A stretch of DNA of 64,000 bases from Octopus vulgaris (GCA_951406725.2 OX597816.1:6386001-6450000); one strand, 5' to 3'. Positions 41,597 through 56,457 are shown, counted from the stretch's first letter. Notes: generated by a model from the letters alone, not told the origin. Program-made: numbers and translations.

Positions 41597-41974
41597 ACTT
41601 ATAAATAAGGACAAACGAAAAAATTTCTAATGCCAAATATGCCGAAAGCTGGACATATTGTCCATAACCATATAATTTTTCACAATACGCACGCTACTCG
41701 AAAAAAGCCGACAGAAATTTCTAAAAAATTCCATTATTACCATATCGGACCGATTTCAGGGTTAGTTCGTAGTGATAAAAGTGGCAAAAGAAATAAATGA
41801 GATACTTACTCATACCCATGGAAGAAGCAAAACACTAAGTCATGAGCACAGTTAAGTACCCCAAATACATCCAAAATAGAAATACTCCAGCCCATTCGAG
41901 ACACGTGCGATTTGAACAACTTTCGGCATATTTGGCATTAGAAATTTTTTCGTTTGCCCTTATTTATAAGTTGT
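41594..41974. repeat. 55-bp inverted repeats (41594-41648 and 41920-41974), one mismatch
   Basis: ACAACTTATAAATAAGGrCAAACGAAAAAATTTCTAATGCCAAATATGCCGAAAG on both strands. Confidence 0.9.
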
Positions 41975-42058
41975 TTATAATTTTAACCTTCAAAGGTATT
42001 TTTTAATATGCTGGCCATTGATAAAATTTTTTTCGAAAAAAATGTTATCCAACATTAA

Positions 42059-42108
<50 letters not shown>

Positions 42109-42111
42109 ATG

Positions 42112-42145
<34 letters not shown>

Positions 42146-42189
42146 TGTATGTATGTATGTATGTATATGTATATATATGTATATATATT

Positions 42190-42282
<93 letters not shown>

Positions 42283-42795
42283 CGCCAAAAGAAATCGATG
42301 GAATACGTACCAGACAAAAAAAACACTGAAGTCAATTTATTCCACAAAAAAAAGACCTTAAAGGCAGTGCTCCAGCATGGCCGCAGTCCGATGAATGGAA
42401 CAAGTACAAGCGAAAAATCTATAAGATAAAGATAACTGTGTTTGATAAATTCTTTTTCGGCGCTTTCATGGCCGTTATATAATGTTCTGTGGACAAACAA
42501 CCTCAGTAAATATGTCCATCCACGTAATAATTCGATTAGCCAATATATGAGTCATCCAAGGTTTCAGACGTGTCGTTAGGAAATTAAATATTGATCTTTG
42601 ATTCTTTCAATTGATTGGTTGAGGTTAAGCTACGCACAATAAGGTCCATAAAGTTAGAGGCCTTACACTCTCAGTCACGAACGAACGCAGCCATTAATAT
42701 CCACCATCACGTGACCCACTAACGCAGTTAGAATGGACACAATTTGAGGCTACATAAACTATACAGGGAATATATCTAATTACATATATCAATAT

Positions 42796-42866
<71 letters not shown>

Positions 42867-43912
42867 TGAGTGTCTGTATGTATGGAGAGAAATATAATGA
42901 TGGAAATAAACAGATAAAATTGTTTGGGTAAGAAATACAAACTATACATACATACATACATACATACATACATACATACATACTTACATACATACATGCA
43001 TACATACATACATACTTACATACTTACATATATACATACATAAAACATACATACATACATACATACATACATACATACATACATACATACATACATACAT
43101 ACATACATACATACACACACATACATACACGTATTCATATAGAGATAAATACAAACTATACATACATACATACATACATACATACATACATGCATACATA
43201 CATACATACATACATACATACATACATACATACATACATACATACATACATACATACACGCATACATATAGGTATAAATACATACTTACATACATACGTA
43301 CATTCATACATGTAAATAGAGAGAAAGCAAAGACTGAAAATTATCAGTCGGTGAATAATCGAGTATAAATATATAGATATTTACAAATTAAGAGAGCAAA
43401 CTTACATAGAGTTCAAAGACAGATAAAACTGAAGGGGAAAAGGTAAGGTATTACAGGTCCGACGGCTGTTTCTGGGAGCTCGGATTTACTTCATAATGAT
43501 AGCAGATGTAGTTCACAAAATTATGCAGCCCGTAATGTATGTGTGCGTGTGTAATGTTTTAAGCGTTTCATCCCAAAAGCTGTGGGTATGCTGGGGAACC
43601 TCTGCAATGGCCATTCTTTTGTGAATGGCCTTTGATGAAGGAAGGAGTTCAATATTGCTGCTCTCTATCTATCTATCTAAGAGAGATATATTACCTAAGG
43701 CGGCGAGTTGGCAGAAACGTTAGCACATTCCACCGAGGTTGACTTTGCCTTTTATCCTTTCGGGGTCGATAAATTAAGTACCAGTTACGCACTGGAGTCT
43801 ATGTAATTGACTTAATCCCTTTGTCTGTCCCCTCTATGTTTAGCCCCTTGTGGGCAATAAAGAAATATATCTATCTATCTATTTATCTCTATCACTCTCT
43901 CTCTCTATCTAT

Positions 43913-43972
<60 letters not shown>

Positions 43973-45168
43973 TAAGAACGAGCAATTACAGGTACAACAA
44001 GAGGGAGGCTGATTCAGTTATAAGGAATATATACTAAATCATCAAGAATTGTTATTAGCTGCTATCAAACTCTATTCGAAATGGAAAACGATGTATCCCA
44101 TATCAGTTTCTTCCTTCAAACTGGGGCCAAAGGACTGCCTTTTCCCAATAAAACCCCTACATCTTACGAGAGAAATATTACTTGGTTTATCAGAACAACA
44201 CAATCAGAAAACCTCTGCTTTTCTCTTCTCGTTTTGTTCGTTCAGTAACTCCTTGAGGATAGATTTTTCTCTCTTGTTCGTGTTTTTCCTGCTATTGGTA
44301 CAAATTACCTTTTATTGTCCATTAAATTATTATATTACAATATTTTCGCATTCTCCTTCCTCTGCTCGCGGCATCTATAATTTCTTCACTGTCTCACTTC
44401 GCTACGAACATTCTAAATGCTAACATTAATGTTCGTCTTTGGGCAACCAGCCTCGCTAATTCTCTTCACTTCCTGTTGAATATATCTGAATTTAAATGCC
44501 TCGAACATTAATGGCTCTCCAATGTAATGGCGAACAACTGGAGGAAAATAGAGAATGGTTGTGTCGCAGAGAATTTATTAAGGAAAAATCAGAACGTGAT
44601 ATATTTTAACGTTACTTGAATGGGGAGAAATATCAAAGGTTTCAAACACATTCACTGGTGGTAGTGGTTGTGGTGGTGATGATGATAATGACGATGATGA
44701 TGATGATGACGATGGTGATGATGATGATGACGACGACGACGACGACGACGACCATCATCATCATCATCATCATCATCATCATTATTATTATTATCAAAGC
44801 GGTGAGTAAACAGAATTGCTAGTACGCTGGACCAAATGCTTAGCGGGATTTCGCCCGTCGCTACGTTGTGAGTTCAAATTCCCCCGAAGTTGACTTTACC
44901 GTTCAGCTTTTCAGGGTCAACAAAATAAGTACCAGTTGATTACTGGGGTCGACATAATTGACTAGCCCCTCCCCGAAATTTAATCCTTTAGTAGAAAGGA
45001 TTATCATCATCATCATCATCATCATCATTATTATTATATGTTTGACTTTTGCTTTGTATTTGTACAAGTTGACTCCAAGTCTCACCCAGAGACCTCAAGG
45101 GGACAAGTTAGAACTGCGTGTTGGTTTTGTACCTAAGGTGCCATATATTTTGCTTATTATCATTATTA

Positions 45169-45597
45169 CTAGCACTATGACCCGGCGTTGCCGGGTCTAG
45201 TGCTAGTCAAGCAAATGTTATCTTTCATGAAAATCCCGCTCTCTTGTCATTCACTCGGTCTAACTCGTTAATAATTCCCTGCAATCCTCAAATCAAAGAA
45301 GCGTGCACGTTTGAAAGCCAAAACACATGATAACGCGTCTGCGCAAAACGCAAAAATGCGCTGAGCCATTCAGACTGTGTGCATATGCGCACGCGCATTC
45401 AACTTGTGGGCATAAGGGGTCGGTTTACCGGGTTTTTTTAAATGGCTTTCGGGGGTAACTGGAGAAATGAAAAGATCTTCACGACCACCCTCAGAGAGTT
45501 TTGAAAGCCCATAGAAAATGCGAACCTCTTACGTGAAGAACTGTGGATTTGTATAAAGGACACACAGACACACAGATATGCATTGTACCGTTTTATT
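45169..45597 (-). mobile_element. Helitron-like element, distinct family
   Basis: CTAG terminus with a CCCGGC/GCCGGG hairpin and an ACACACAGACA...TTTTATTA opposite end like the other copies; that boundary is approximate. Confidence 0.55.
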
Positions 45598-45628
45598 ACT
45601 ACTACTACTAATATTATTATTATTATTA

Positions 45629-45686
<58 letters not shown>

Positions 45687-45699
45687 GTTGTTGTTGTTG

Positions 45700-47640
45700 T
45701 TCATGGTGTGCACGATTTTTGTATATTCGGAATCAATATTCTTGATACCAGGTCACAACCAGTTTCCTCAGATATCAAGGACCTTCCTTAAGATCTTTGC
45801 TATTCCCAATAAAGCAGATTTCTGAATTAATGCAACTGTCGTAATTGTATTATGGAACTGCTACGTCTGTTGGTGACGGAACCTTACGGCACCTGTAACA
45901 ACAAGGATTACTTTTGTAGAAACCCTTCGTAGTCCTCATATCTCCCTACCCAAATCCTGGTATTTTTTCTATTTACTCCTTTTCTTTGGCCGCTACATTC
46001 AATTCTGCAGATATAGCCACATCTATGATGATGCACACTTTTCCCCCCTTGTTAACAGTAATATCTGGTCATCTGGTATGAATTTATCGATCATTAAAAT
46101 CTGTACATTAAAATCGCATTAAGTCGTGTATTAACCGTTCGCTATTATACTTTCTGGTTGATATTCTTTTCTTCCTACATGAAATCCTCTTTGCCGTAAT
46201 ATGTCCCAGTGTAGGGACTTCGTCACATAATCGTGTTTCTGTCTATATATTCCTTCTGTGCAAAAGACCTATATGAACTTATTATGTGCATAACGGTTTC
46301 CTGTTTCTCATTGCATACTTTGAACTTTGCACTTTTCTCCGATTTGTCTATTTTGGCTTTAATGATATTCGTCCGGCGGCGAGCTGGCAGAAACGTTAGG
46401 ACGCCGGGCGAAATGCTTTGCGGTATTTCGTCTGCCGTTACGTTCTGAGTTCGAATTCCGCCGAGGTCGACATTGCCTTTCATGCTACCGGGGTCGATAA
46501 ATTAAGTACCAGTTATGCACTGGGGTCGATGTAATCGACTTAATCCGTTTGTCTGTCCTTGTTTGTCCCCTCTGTGTTTAGCCCCTTTTGGGTAGTAACG
46601 AAATAGGTATTTCGTATGCCGCTACGTTCTGAGTTCGAATTCCGCCGAGGTCGACTTTGCCTTTCATCTTTTCGGGGTCGATAAATTAAGTACCAGTTAT
46701 GCACTGGGGTCGATGTAATCGACTTAATCCGTTTGTCTGTCCTTGTTAGTCCCCTCTGTGTTTAGCCCCTTTTGGGTAGTAAAGAAATAGGGATTTCGTC
46801 TGCCGGTACGTTCTGATTTCAAGTTCCGCCGCGGTCGACTTTGCCTTTCATCTTTTCGGGGTCGATAAAATTAAGTACCAGTTACGCACTGGGGTCGATG
46901 TAATCGACTTAATCCGTTTTTCTGTCCTTGTTTGTCTTCTCTGTGTTTAGCCCCTTGTGGGTAGTAAACAAATAGATATTCGTCCGCAACGACTGACTTC
47001 GAGCAGTCATTATGAGTCTTGTTTATTCCTTAAGCTCTCCATTCTTCAGCCATCACCAAGACACCTCTGCTGCAACGTCCTGCGTTTCCCTGAGGTGCTG
47101 GCCCTGTAGTTATTTTCCCCAGATGCTTCTTTCTTTCTTTCGCGCTCCTGTTTTCTTTTCGTGTATCCCGTTGCCGTCTCTGCAGTTTCCTTCTCCTCTC
47201 GTCTGGCGACTGAAACCGGACATTCTGGATTGCTTTTCACTTACTCTTCTATACCACGTCTTGCCAAACCTAGACTGTTTGATGTCTTCAATTGATATCA
47301 GTCCTCTCCTCCGCCTTCTATGGTGGGTATAATCCAATCGACACCGTTTCTGGGGTGTAACGACCTGTACACGGACATTATCTTTCTGGTCTAGCATCAG
47401 AATATCTTATTAGAGACGCCGCCCAAGTTTTTACTGCACAGATGTTTTTCTCTCTACTCAGTTTTGAGACTAGCACCCTTTTTACTCCCCTGAGATATCC
47501 GGTTCTCTTGGCAGAGAATTCTACCTGCCTCCAATACGCCTAGATACATATAGCTGTCACCCTCATTGTCGATGTCTTATTTGCGAATTTAAACCCTTCT
47601 CACTTGGATATTTTTCTCGCTTTATCACTTGCATTTCACA
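45700..47640 (-). mobile_element. Degenerate R4/Dong-type LINE interrupted by a SINE trimer at 46376-46974
   Basis: KAKIDKS...KVCNEKQETVMHIISS...AQKEY (decayed CCHC), RPDI, EKYQDL and QKSALLGIAKILRKVLDI*. The 46987-47640 continuation is less certain. Confidence 0.7.
46376..46974 (+). mobile_element. SINE family B trimer (one head, three units of about 184 bp)
   Basis: 12-bp TSD GATATTCGTCCG at 46364-46375 and 46975-46986. Confidence 0.92.
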
Positions 47641-47642
47641 AA

Positions 47643-47727
<85 letters not shown>

Positions 47728-47728
<1 letters not shown>

Positions 47729-47947
47729 AGGCGCTGAGCTGGCAGAAACGTTAGCAGGCCGGGCGAAATGCTTAGTGGTATTTCGTCTGCCGTTACGTTC
47801 TGAGTTCAAATTCCGCCGACTTCAACTTTGCTTTTCATCCTTTCGGGGTCGCAGTTACGCACTGCGGTCGATATAATCGATTTAATCCCCTTTGTCAGTC
47901 CTTGTTTGTCCCCTCTATGTTTAACCCCTTGCGGGCAATAAAGAAAT

Positions 47948-47991
<44 letters not shown>

Positions 47992-48218
47992 AGGTGGCGA
48001 GCTGGCAGAAACGTTAGCCGGGCGAAATGCTTAGCGATATTTCGTCTGCCGTTACGTTCCGAGTTCAAATTCCGCCGAGGTCGACTTTGCCTTTCATCCT
48101 TTCGAGGTCGATTAAATAAGTACCAGTTACGCACTGGGGTCGATGTAATCGACTTAATCCGTTTGTCTGCCCTTGTTTTTCCTTTCTGTGTTTAACCCCT
48201 TGTGGGAAATAAAGAAAT

Positions 48219-48219
<1 letters not shown>
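47728..48219 (+). mobile_element. Two full SINE family B copies separated and flanked by (TAG)n
   Basis: Copies at 47728-47948 and 47991-48219. Confidence 0.9.
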
Positions 48220-48303
<84 letters not shown>

Positions 48304-48654
48304 TGTAGTAGTGGTGGTGGTGGTAGTAGTAGTAGTCCTTCGGTTTTGTATCCGCTTCTTGCCGAATGTCTTCCGCACACGCAAGGCAAAGAAATCTCAC
48401 TTGTATACATTGAAAGGCCACCAAAATAAACACAGCAGATTGTTCGTTTACAGAATCAAATAAAGCTGAGTTGAAAAAAGAAATTATTTACACGAAAGCC
48501 TATCGTTCTCACAGCGACGATGCTCTTCTCAATACGTGCGACGTGGCAGTTAAAACAATTTTTTTTTGCGTTTCTTGCAGGAATGGTAAGCCAGGGATTA
48601 ATCTCAAACCAATTTCAGTTCCAGGCCTTTCAATCCAATTTATATACTCTCTCT

Positions 48655-49056
48655 ACTCTTTTTCTCTTTTTTACTTGTTTCAGTCATTTGACTGCGGCCA
48701 TGCTGGAGCACCGCCTTTTAGTCGAACAAATCGACCCCAGGACTTAATTCTTTGTAAGCTTTAGTACTTATTCTATCGATCACTTTTGCCGAACCGCTAA
48801 GTTACGGGGACGTAAACACACCAGCATCGGTTATTAAGCGATGTTGGGGGGGACAAACACAGACACACAAACAAACACATATATATATATATGTATATAC
48901 ATATATACGACGAGCTTCTTTCAGTTTCCGTCTACTAAATCCACTCACAAGGCTTTGGTCAGCTCGAGGCAATAGTAGAAGCCACTTGCCCAAGCTGCCA
49001 CGCAATGGGACAGAACCCAGAACCATGTGGTTGGTAAGCAAGCCACTCATGCGCCT
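48655..49056 (-). mobile_element. SINE family A, full length
   Basis: Aligns to 7708-8128. Confidence 0.88.
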
Positions 49057-49534
49057 ATCTGTAAACAGATTTGATCCCTCCTATTCCTCCTTCTATCTCT
49101 AGTATTTTAAACGCCTTGAGATGCCACATTTTCTTTTTTCAATTTCAATGCGCAAATCTTTATGTTAGTGACATTGCCGAGTCCTAGGTGGCGCTATTGA
49201 CTGATTCCCTGGTAGGGGGCAGCGTGCAAACAGGATATTTAGCACACCGGGCAAAATGGTTAGCGGCATTTCATCCGTCTTTAATGTTCTGAGTTCAAAT
49301 TCCACCGAGATCGACTTTGCCTTTTATACCTTTCGGGGTCGATAAAATACGTACCAACTGAACCCTGGAGGTCAAGGAAATTGAATTAGCCCCTTCCCCC
49401 AAATTGCAGGCTTTGTGCCAAAATTTGAAACCGATTTTATGTCGCAGGTGTGTGTTATTAAGTTTCATAGTGAAAAATGTCCACAAGGTCCATGAGAGAA
49501 CTGCTTCTAATCCGTAAGTAACTTTATTAAATCC

Positions 49535-49830
49535 TGGAGGCACATGGCCTAGTGGTTAGAGCAGCGAACTCGCCGTCGAGGGATCGCAGGTTCGAATCTC
49601 AGAGCGGGCGATGTGTGTGTTTATGAGCGAAACACCCAAGCTCCACGCTGCTCCGGCAGAAGGAAATGGCGAACTTCTGCTGACTCTTTCGCCACAACTT
49701 TCTCTCACTCTGTCCTCCTGCATCTTGCAGCTCACCTGCGACAGACTGGCGTCCCATCCAGGTGGGGAACCCATACGCCAAGGAAAGTGGGAAACCGGCC
49801 GTTATGAGCCAGGCATGATTCGAGAAGGAA
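49535..49830 (+). mobile_element. SINE with family C-like head and a third tail type
   Basis: The tail (GACTGGCGTCCCATCCAG...GGAAACCGG) is shared with 11540-11788 and 54870-55090. Confidence 0.8.
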
Positions 49831-50074
49831 CAAATATTTATGTCATACTATTAAATCCTAAATGGTGCACTGAAAGGGCGCGGGGGATTTTGTCCAAGGT
49901 GGTGTTATTAAAACCCACTTTCTGCTTTTAAATCTCATTGAGACGGAATTATACTCCTACTACCGCTCTTTAGTCCCAGATGAGTTTATTTCGCTCACAG
50001 GAGGTAAAAACATCGAAAGGTTAACTATAGTGGGGTTGTTATGTCCCAGATTGTTTTATTAAGTCCCAGGTAAT

Positions 50075-50469
50075 CCTTTCTACTCTGACTACAAGGCCTG
50101 ATATTTTCGAGAAAGGGGCCAGTCGATTAGATCGACCCCAGTACGCAACTGGTACTTAATTTATCGACCCCGAAAGGATAAAAGGCAAAGTCGACCACGG
50201 TGGAATTTGAACTCAGCGGCAGACGAAATACCTATTTCTATTCCTTTACTACCCACAAGGGGCTAAACACAGAGAGGACAAACAAAGACAGACAAACGGA
50301 TTAAGTCGATTATATCGACCCCAGTGTGTGACAGGTACTTATTTAATCGATCTCGAAAGGATGAAAGGCCAAGTCGACCTCGGCGGAATTTGAACTCAGA
50401 ACGTAACGGCAGACCAAATACCACTAAGCATTTCACCCGGCGTGCTAACAATTCTGCCAGCTCGCCGCC
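50075..50469 (-). mobile_element. SINE family B dimer with two different tail types
   Basis: 18-bp TSD TATTAAGTCCyAGGTAAT at 50057-50074 and 50470-50487. Confidence 0.88.
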
Positions 50470-51057
50470 TATTAAGTCCTAGGTAATGACATGTGTTGAG
50501 TATGATACTGGACAGAGGTGCTAATACTTCGCAGGTGGTGTTATTATTTTCAGTAAGACGGAGATGGCAGGATCGTTTGAGCGTTGCAAGTAATGGTTTG
50601 TAGTATTTCCTTTGGCTCTTTACCTTCTGAGTTCAAACCCTACAAAGGTTAACTTTGCCTTTCATCGTTTTAGAATCGATAAGATGAAATAGCAGTCAAG
50701 TCCCACGACTGACTAACCCCCTCCCCTCAAAATCGCTGGACTTAAATCTGAAATGAAAATAACAATTTTCCTCATCATCTTCTTCATCATCATCCATAGA
50801 GTTTGTACAGTCGTCTATGTGTGTGCCATATCATTCAGCCCGATTCCAATCACTTCAGGTGGGATACACGCTTGCCAATGATCGGGGTGCCATTAGAGGT
50901 AACTCAATTTGCTATAAATAGCAGCCAAATCTCCCACAAATTACACCCTAGCGTCTTAAAAGGAAAAGAATACATTACAATAAGTACTCCAACATAGACT
51001 TACAAAGGCAAGATGGCCGGAGCTAAAATGCCTTTCTTCATTTCGTTTCTCCATTGA

Positions 51058-51372
51058 TACCCCCTTTGGCCATGCCTGATCATGGGATTGCACCTAGGAA
51101 GTTACCCTCCGTGGCACAAGTCCGGGCAAGGTTGTTTGTAGAAGACCAGCAATCGCCCATGCATACCAGCCTCCCCTCTCCACGCCACCAGTGTTATCCA
51201 AGGGAAAGACAAAGGGGCCGATACAGCTTGGCACCAGTGACGTCGCAACTCATTTCTACAGCTGAGTGAACTGGAGCAACGAGAAATAAAGTGTCTTGCT
51301 CAAGAACACAACACGCAGCCCGGTCCGGGATTCGAACTCACAACCTCACGAGCGTAAGCTCGACGCTCTAAT
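51058..51372 (-). mobile_element. CORE-like SINE, long-tail family
   Basis: Reverse complement of 29180-29500. Confidence 0.8.
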
Positions 51373-51718
51373 CATGTATTTTATTTATTTCATGTTTATG
51401 TTACTTAATTCTGGTCACAGGGAAGGCCGAGTAGTAAAAGTCTTCGTCCAACAATTTAATTTGGCACCGATTTTCGATACTTCAGCATGACATCTTGGGA
51501 AGGCATTTTGCGTCCTTGTGAGAAAATCTGTTGCCTGATGTGTGTGTAAACCAGTTTTATGGCCTTTTCCTAGTAAAATGAACGACAAGCTTTACTGGCC
51601 AATCACATCCATTACAATTCAGTAAATCTTCTTGTTGTTCAAACAACTGGGATTCTCAGTCGACGACATTGACGGAGAACACCAAACAACTACCATTGTA
51701 CATGTTTTTATACTGTAA

Positions 51719-52103
51719 CTAGCAGTATCGCCCGGCGTTGCTCAGGTTTGTAAGGGAAATAACTATAAAGCATTTTTAGAGAGTTATAGCCAAAAAATAG
51801 CAAAAAAATGGAAAAAAATGATGGTAAATTTTTTTTTGAGATTTAAAAAAGGTAGAGTTGCGTCCCCTAGACAGTTTGTGGTTCGTATTCCTGATTCTCG
51901 ACCCCATGTCGAATTTATCGATTTTTTTCAGAACTGGGGGAACTTTTCAAAATTTTCGCTGCGTCAGTTTTGAATTATGACATTGGGCTATGTGTGTGTC
52001 AAGTTTCATCAGAATCGGTTGAAAGCCGTGGTCAGAGTGAGGGTACAAGCAAACAGACACACAGAAACACGCACAGACAAACTGCCGTTTATATAGAGAG
52101 AGA
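51719..52103 (-). mobile_element. Non-autonomous Helitron
   Basis: Same 3' end of about 65 bp as 3135, with a different 5' part. Confidence 0.8.
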
Positions 52104-52783
52104 TACTATGCTTTTCTGTCAAATATCTCCTTTCCTTAAATACTTTAGCTATATTTTTATTATCAAGTTCAGTGAATCCTATTTCTTTACTACCCACAAG
52201 GGGCTAAACACAGAGAAGACAAACAAGGACAGACAAACGGATTAAGTCTGCTAGTTTTAATCACCCACACTTTCTACAACTGATTACTCTTTTCAAATAT
52301 ATTAGGATTGGTTGTTTTCTTTTTCGTCAGATTTCTCCCTTTAGCTGTGTCTGACACATCACCATATGCTTTTTACCATTGGCTGATACTTGTTTGTCAA
52401 GACCTGCGTCTTTCATAATAAACTCACTTTAAACACCGCCATTTGACGCAAATATTTACATTGTTTCATATCAAGTATTTTCATTTTACAATCTCCATTG
52501 CTAGTAATTTTGTCGTGTCACATAATGAACATTTTCTCTTTTCTTGCCTTTTTTTGGTAAACTTAAGCTCCGGATGGAATGAGACTGATTGCCTTTGTTT
52601 TATGTCCATATAATCCGTAATATTCGCAAACCTCTCCTAGATCGAAAGACTCATCATAATATTATTATAGCTTGATTGAGGTTGAATTGCTTTCATCTTT
52701 TCACCATTTTGCAACCATATATGCCTTCTGTTCTGGCAAGCTTTCCTCGTCTCATCGCCATTATTATTATTATTATCATTATT

Positions 52784-52814
<31 letters not shown>

Positions 52815-53099
52815 GCATCATCATTATTATTATCATCATTTTTTTCGCCCATCGCTATTTTCTGAGTTCAAGTTCCGTTTTTGCCTTTCATCTTTTTGGG
52901 GTCGATAAATTAAGTACCAGTTGTGTACTGGGGTTGATGTAATCGACTTAACCCCTACCCCAGAATTTCAGGCCTTGTACCTACAGTAAAAAAAATATTA
53001 TCATTTCGTTTTTGCATCTGGTTTGCAAGATTCATGTGTTAAAACAACAAAAATAAAAATAATAATATTACTACTTCTACTATTACTATTATTTCTTTT

Positions 53100-53650
53100 A
53101 ACTCGGGTTTTGTTGATTGGGACTCATAGAATCTTGCATAAGTAGCGGGCTTGCAACCTGCGGCCTACTGTACCTTGCTATTTGTTCTCTTCGACAAATA
53201 CTTTCCTCTAGATTCTGGCCATTCCAAAGAGGCAAACATTTTGCTACAGTTCTACTGGGCCCTTTATTCCCATTTCCTTTATATTCCTTTCAATACCTTC
53301 TGAAACTGTCCCCAATTCAATACTTGGCACTATATTCACCTTTTTGGTCTTCTGCAGTGCAGCTATCATTATATATGTGTCTCCGTTCTCGCCTTCCTTC
53401 TTGGACATTCAACATCAGTTATAGAACATATGCGGTTTATTGGTCCACCACCACAAGGTCTTGTTTTCCTGTACTCAACCACCCGGTGCTTTTTTGAATA
53501 AAGAAATCTCACAGGATTTTCCAGTATCCGACCGACTCAGTCACCTCTCTGTGGTTTGTGGTCGTACCATGTCTTTCTTCTCTCTCTACTCGCACTTTTC
53601 ACAGTTTCCAATGCAGAACTTTTGTTATCTCATCGTGTCGCCTCAACTGA
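53100..53650 (-). mobile_element. Degenerate R4/Dong-type RLE fragment
   Basis: DHKP...KIL*DFFIQ...DLVVVD, with frameshifts. Confidence 0.55.
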
Positions 53651-55929
53651 CTTGGGGCAAGTCTTGACTCTTGTAATGTGAAGATGACTTTTGGATTCCC
53701 CCTTTAAAATAGGTTCTATTCAATTATTACCGAATGAAATTTTTGACAGGACTACTTTTAAGAGGACCTATCACTGTCTAAGGAATAGTTTTAACTCAAC
53801 ACCGGTGGTAAAACCCAGAAAAAACGAGGTTTCACTAACTTTCACAATGTTATTTCTACACATTACATTTTTGCAACGAAAATGACGACAACGGATCATT
53901 ATGCCGCACGACTAAATACTATAAAGCATAACAGAAGCAACACAAAATCAAAACACACGATTCAATGTAGAAGAAGCAAATGAAGAGCAAACGATTCAGA
54001 GAAACCAAAAGCTCACATTCTCAAAGAATTCATTTGAAAAGCAGCGACAGTAACAACAACATCAGCAACAAGAGGAGCAGTGACTCTTACACGATTCTAA
54101 ATACTGTGGTCCATTCATTAAAAAAGTTGTATGAAGAGAAACTGTTTCTCAGTAAAAGAAAAATGTAGCTGGGGAGATTTTACAAAAGCCCAACAGAATT
54201 TCTTTACACAGGAAATTATCCAGAAGAGAGCAATGACAAAAATGATGTATCGCTGCTTGGATGAAAGCGAATTAACTTCCCTTTACGTCAAGAAATACGA
54301 TAAGCCCTTCATGACATATTGGGAGAAATTGTTTCCATTGAAAATTATAAAAGGGTCTGGTTATATTTATAATAATAGACATTGAACACGATGTAGATCA
54401 ATGACTAATATTGACTTTTGTGTGTCAATGGGGGAAAGAGGTGAAAGCAGGGTTAACGAAAGATGAAAGACTTCTTCAAGACAAATTCAGGGCAGATTGG
54501 TGAGGAAATGAGCGCCGATTATCTAGAGCCTTGTGACAAACAGTTTATTAATATAAAACTTCAAAGAATCCTACGAACAACTAAATTCATTTCCATTATC
54601 ATCAGGCCACCCAAAAACTGAGCATCAGAATATTATTTTCAAACGAGTAAATCATTTGACTAAGAGTCCAGAAAAAGACATGGTTGAGAGAGGGAATAAG
54701 AATTATGGGAATTTCTGGTACGACCCAGCTGGGATTTTCTTTCTGTGTGTGTGTGTGTGTGGTGGGGAGTTTATTCAATTTATGCTTCACGTTTATATTT
54801 TTATAATACGTTTTATATCATAATTGTTTTATAATGTATTATGGCTAGTCCACATTACTTCATAAGGAGCATATGACCGGTTTTGCGGTTTCTTTCATGT
54901 ATACGTTTCCCCACCTGGATGGGACGCCGGTCCGTCGTAGGCTAACTCACTTTTGCCAGATGAGTGGACTGGAGGAAACTGAAATGAAGTGTTTTGTTCA
55001 AGAACACAACACGTCGCCCAGTTCAGGAATTGAAACCACAGTCTTACGGCCATGAGTCCAAAACCCTAACCCCAAATCACGCGCCTCCATATTATAATAT
55101 TATAATGTTATAATATGATAAAGACACAAACGAAGCCAAACAATCATGATTATTGTGTGAGTCTTTTGTAAATATTATAGTTTAATTTTGTTTTGTCCAT
55201 CCTTACACGCGATTATAACCTGTTTTATTTCCATATATGAACTTTTAAGGCTAATACAAACATCATCATCATCGTCGTCCTTGTTGTTATTGATTTTGGC
55301 CGATAGTCCGCTAGGTCTTAGTTTTCTTTCCCTTATTCTAGACTCGATAAAATAAGCATCAGTCACGTAGTGTCAGTGTTTCGACTGACGACGTCTTCGT
55401 TACAAATTGATGAGATTGTGTAATAATTAGAAATCAATTTTTATTACTGTCGTTCTATTTATTTCGTTATCATAAATATATTTCCATAGCACAATCTACG
55501 AATACCTTGGGAACGCACAGTGTTTGGTTTTATTTTTAATTTATTCTATCATATTGGAAATATATAGGCAATACCTGTAATGGTTGGCATCTAAATGATG
55601 TTATTATCTCTCCCTTGTTTATGGGATTAAGTCCTGATTTGGGGATCAAATATTTGACACCATTTTTCTATCGTTCCTCATATGCGCATCATAACGGAGG
55701 TTGTCTCTGTCTTTATTCCCCACATTTTGGTTATCTCCGCCATCAGGTTTCCATATGAGAATATTCTCCAATTCTTTGAGAGACATTGTCACCCATTGAA
55801 ATTGACACGGTGATTAAGAGCCTTTCATGTTCTGCGTAACGAGCAGAAGCTAACCTCTGCAATTACACACGGGTTACCAAGTTAGCGTCAATATATCTCA
55901 AATCATTTACGAAAACATTAATCGTTGTT

Positions 55930-56356
<427 letters not shown>

Positions 56357-56457
56357 CGAGGTCCTTCGATGTTCTTCCCTCTGTTAAACATCAGAAGACA
56401 GATCTGTTGGGAAATGTGCAATAAATAATTATCAGAAATAATATCTCTGTGTGTGTA

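Noticed and set aside
46376-46974. CRISPR-like or satellite array
   Set aside because: The units are SINE bodies without unique spacers, in a eukaryotic context.
52250-54400. Very old mariner-like traces near 52250-52640 and 54170-54400 (also piggyBac-like near 39540 and PLE RT-like near 36745)
   Set aside because: Only a few suggestive residues each; too degenerate to call without a profile search.
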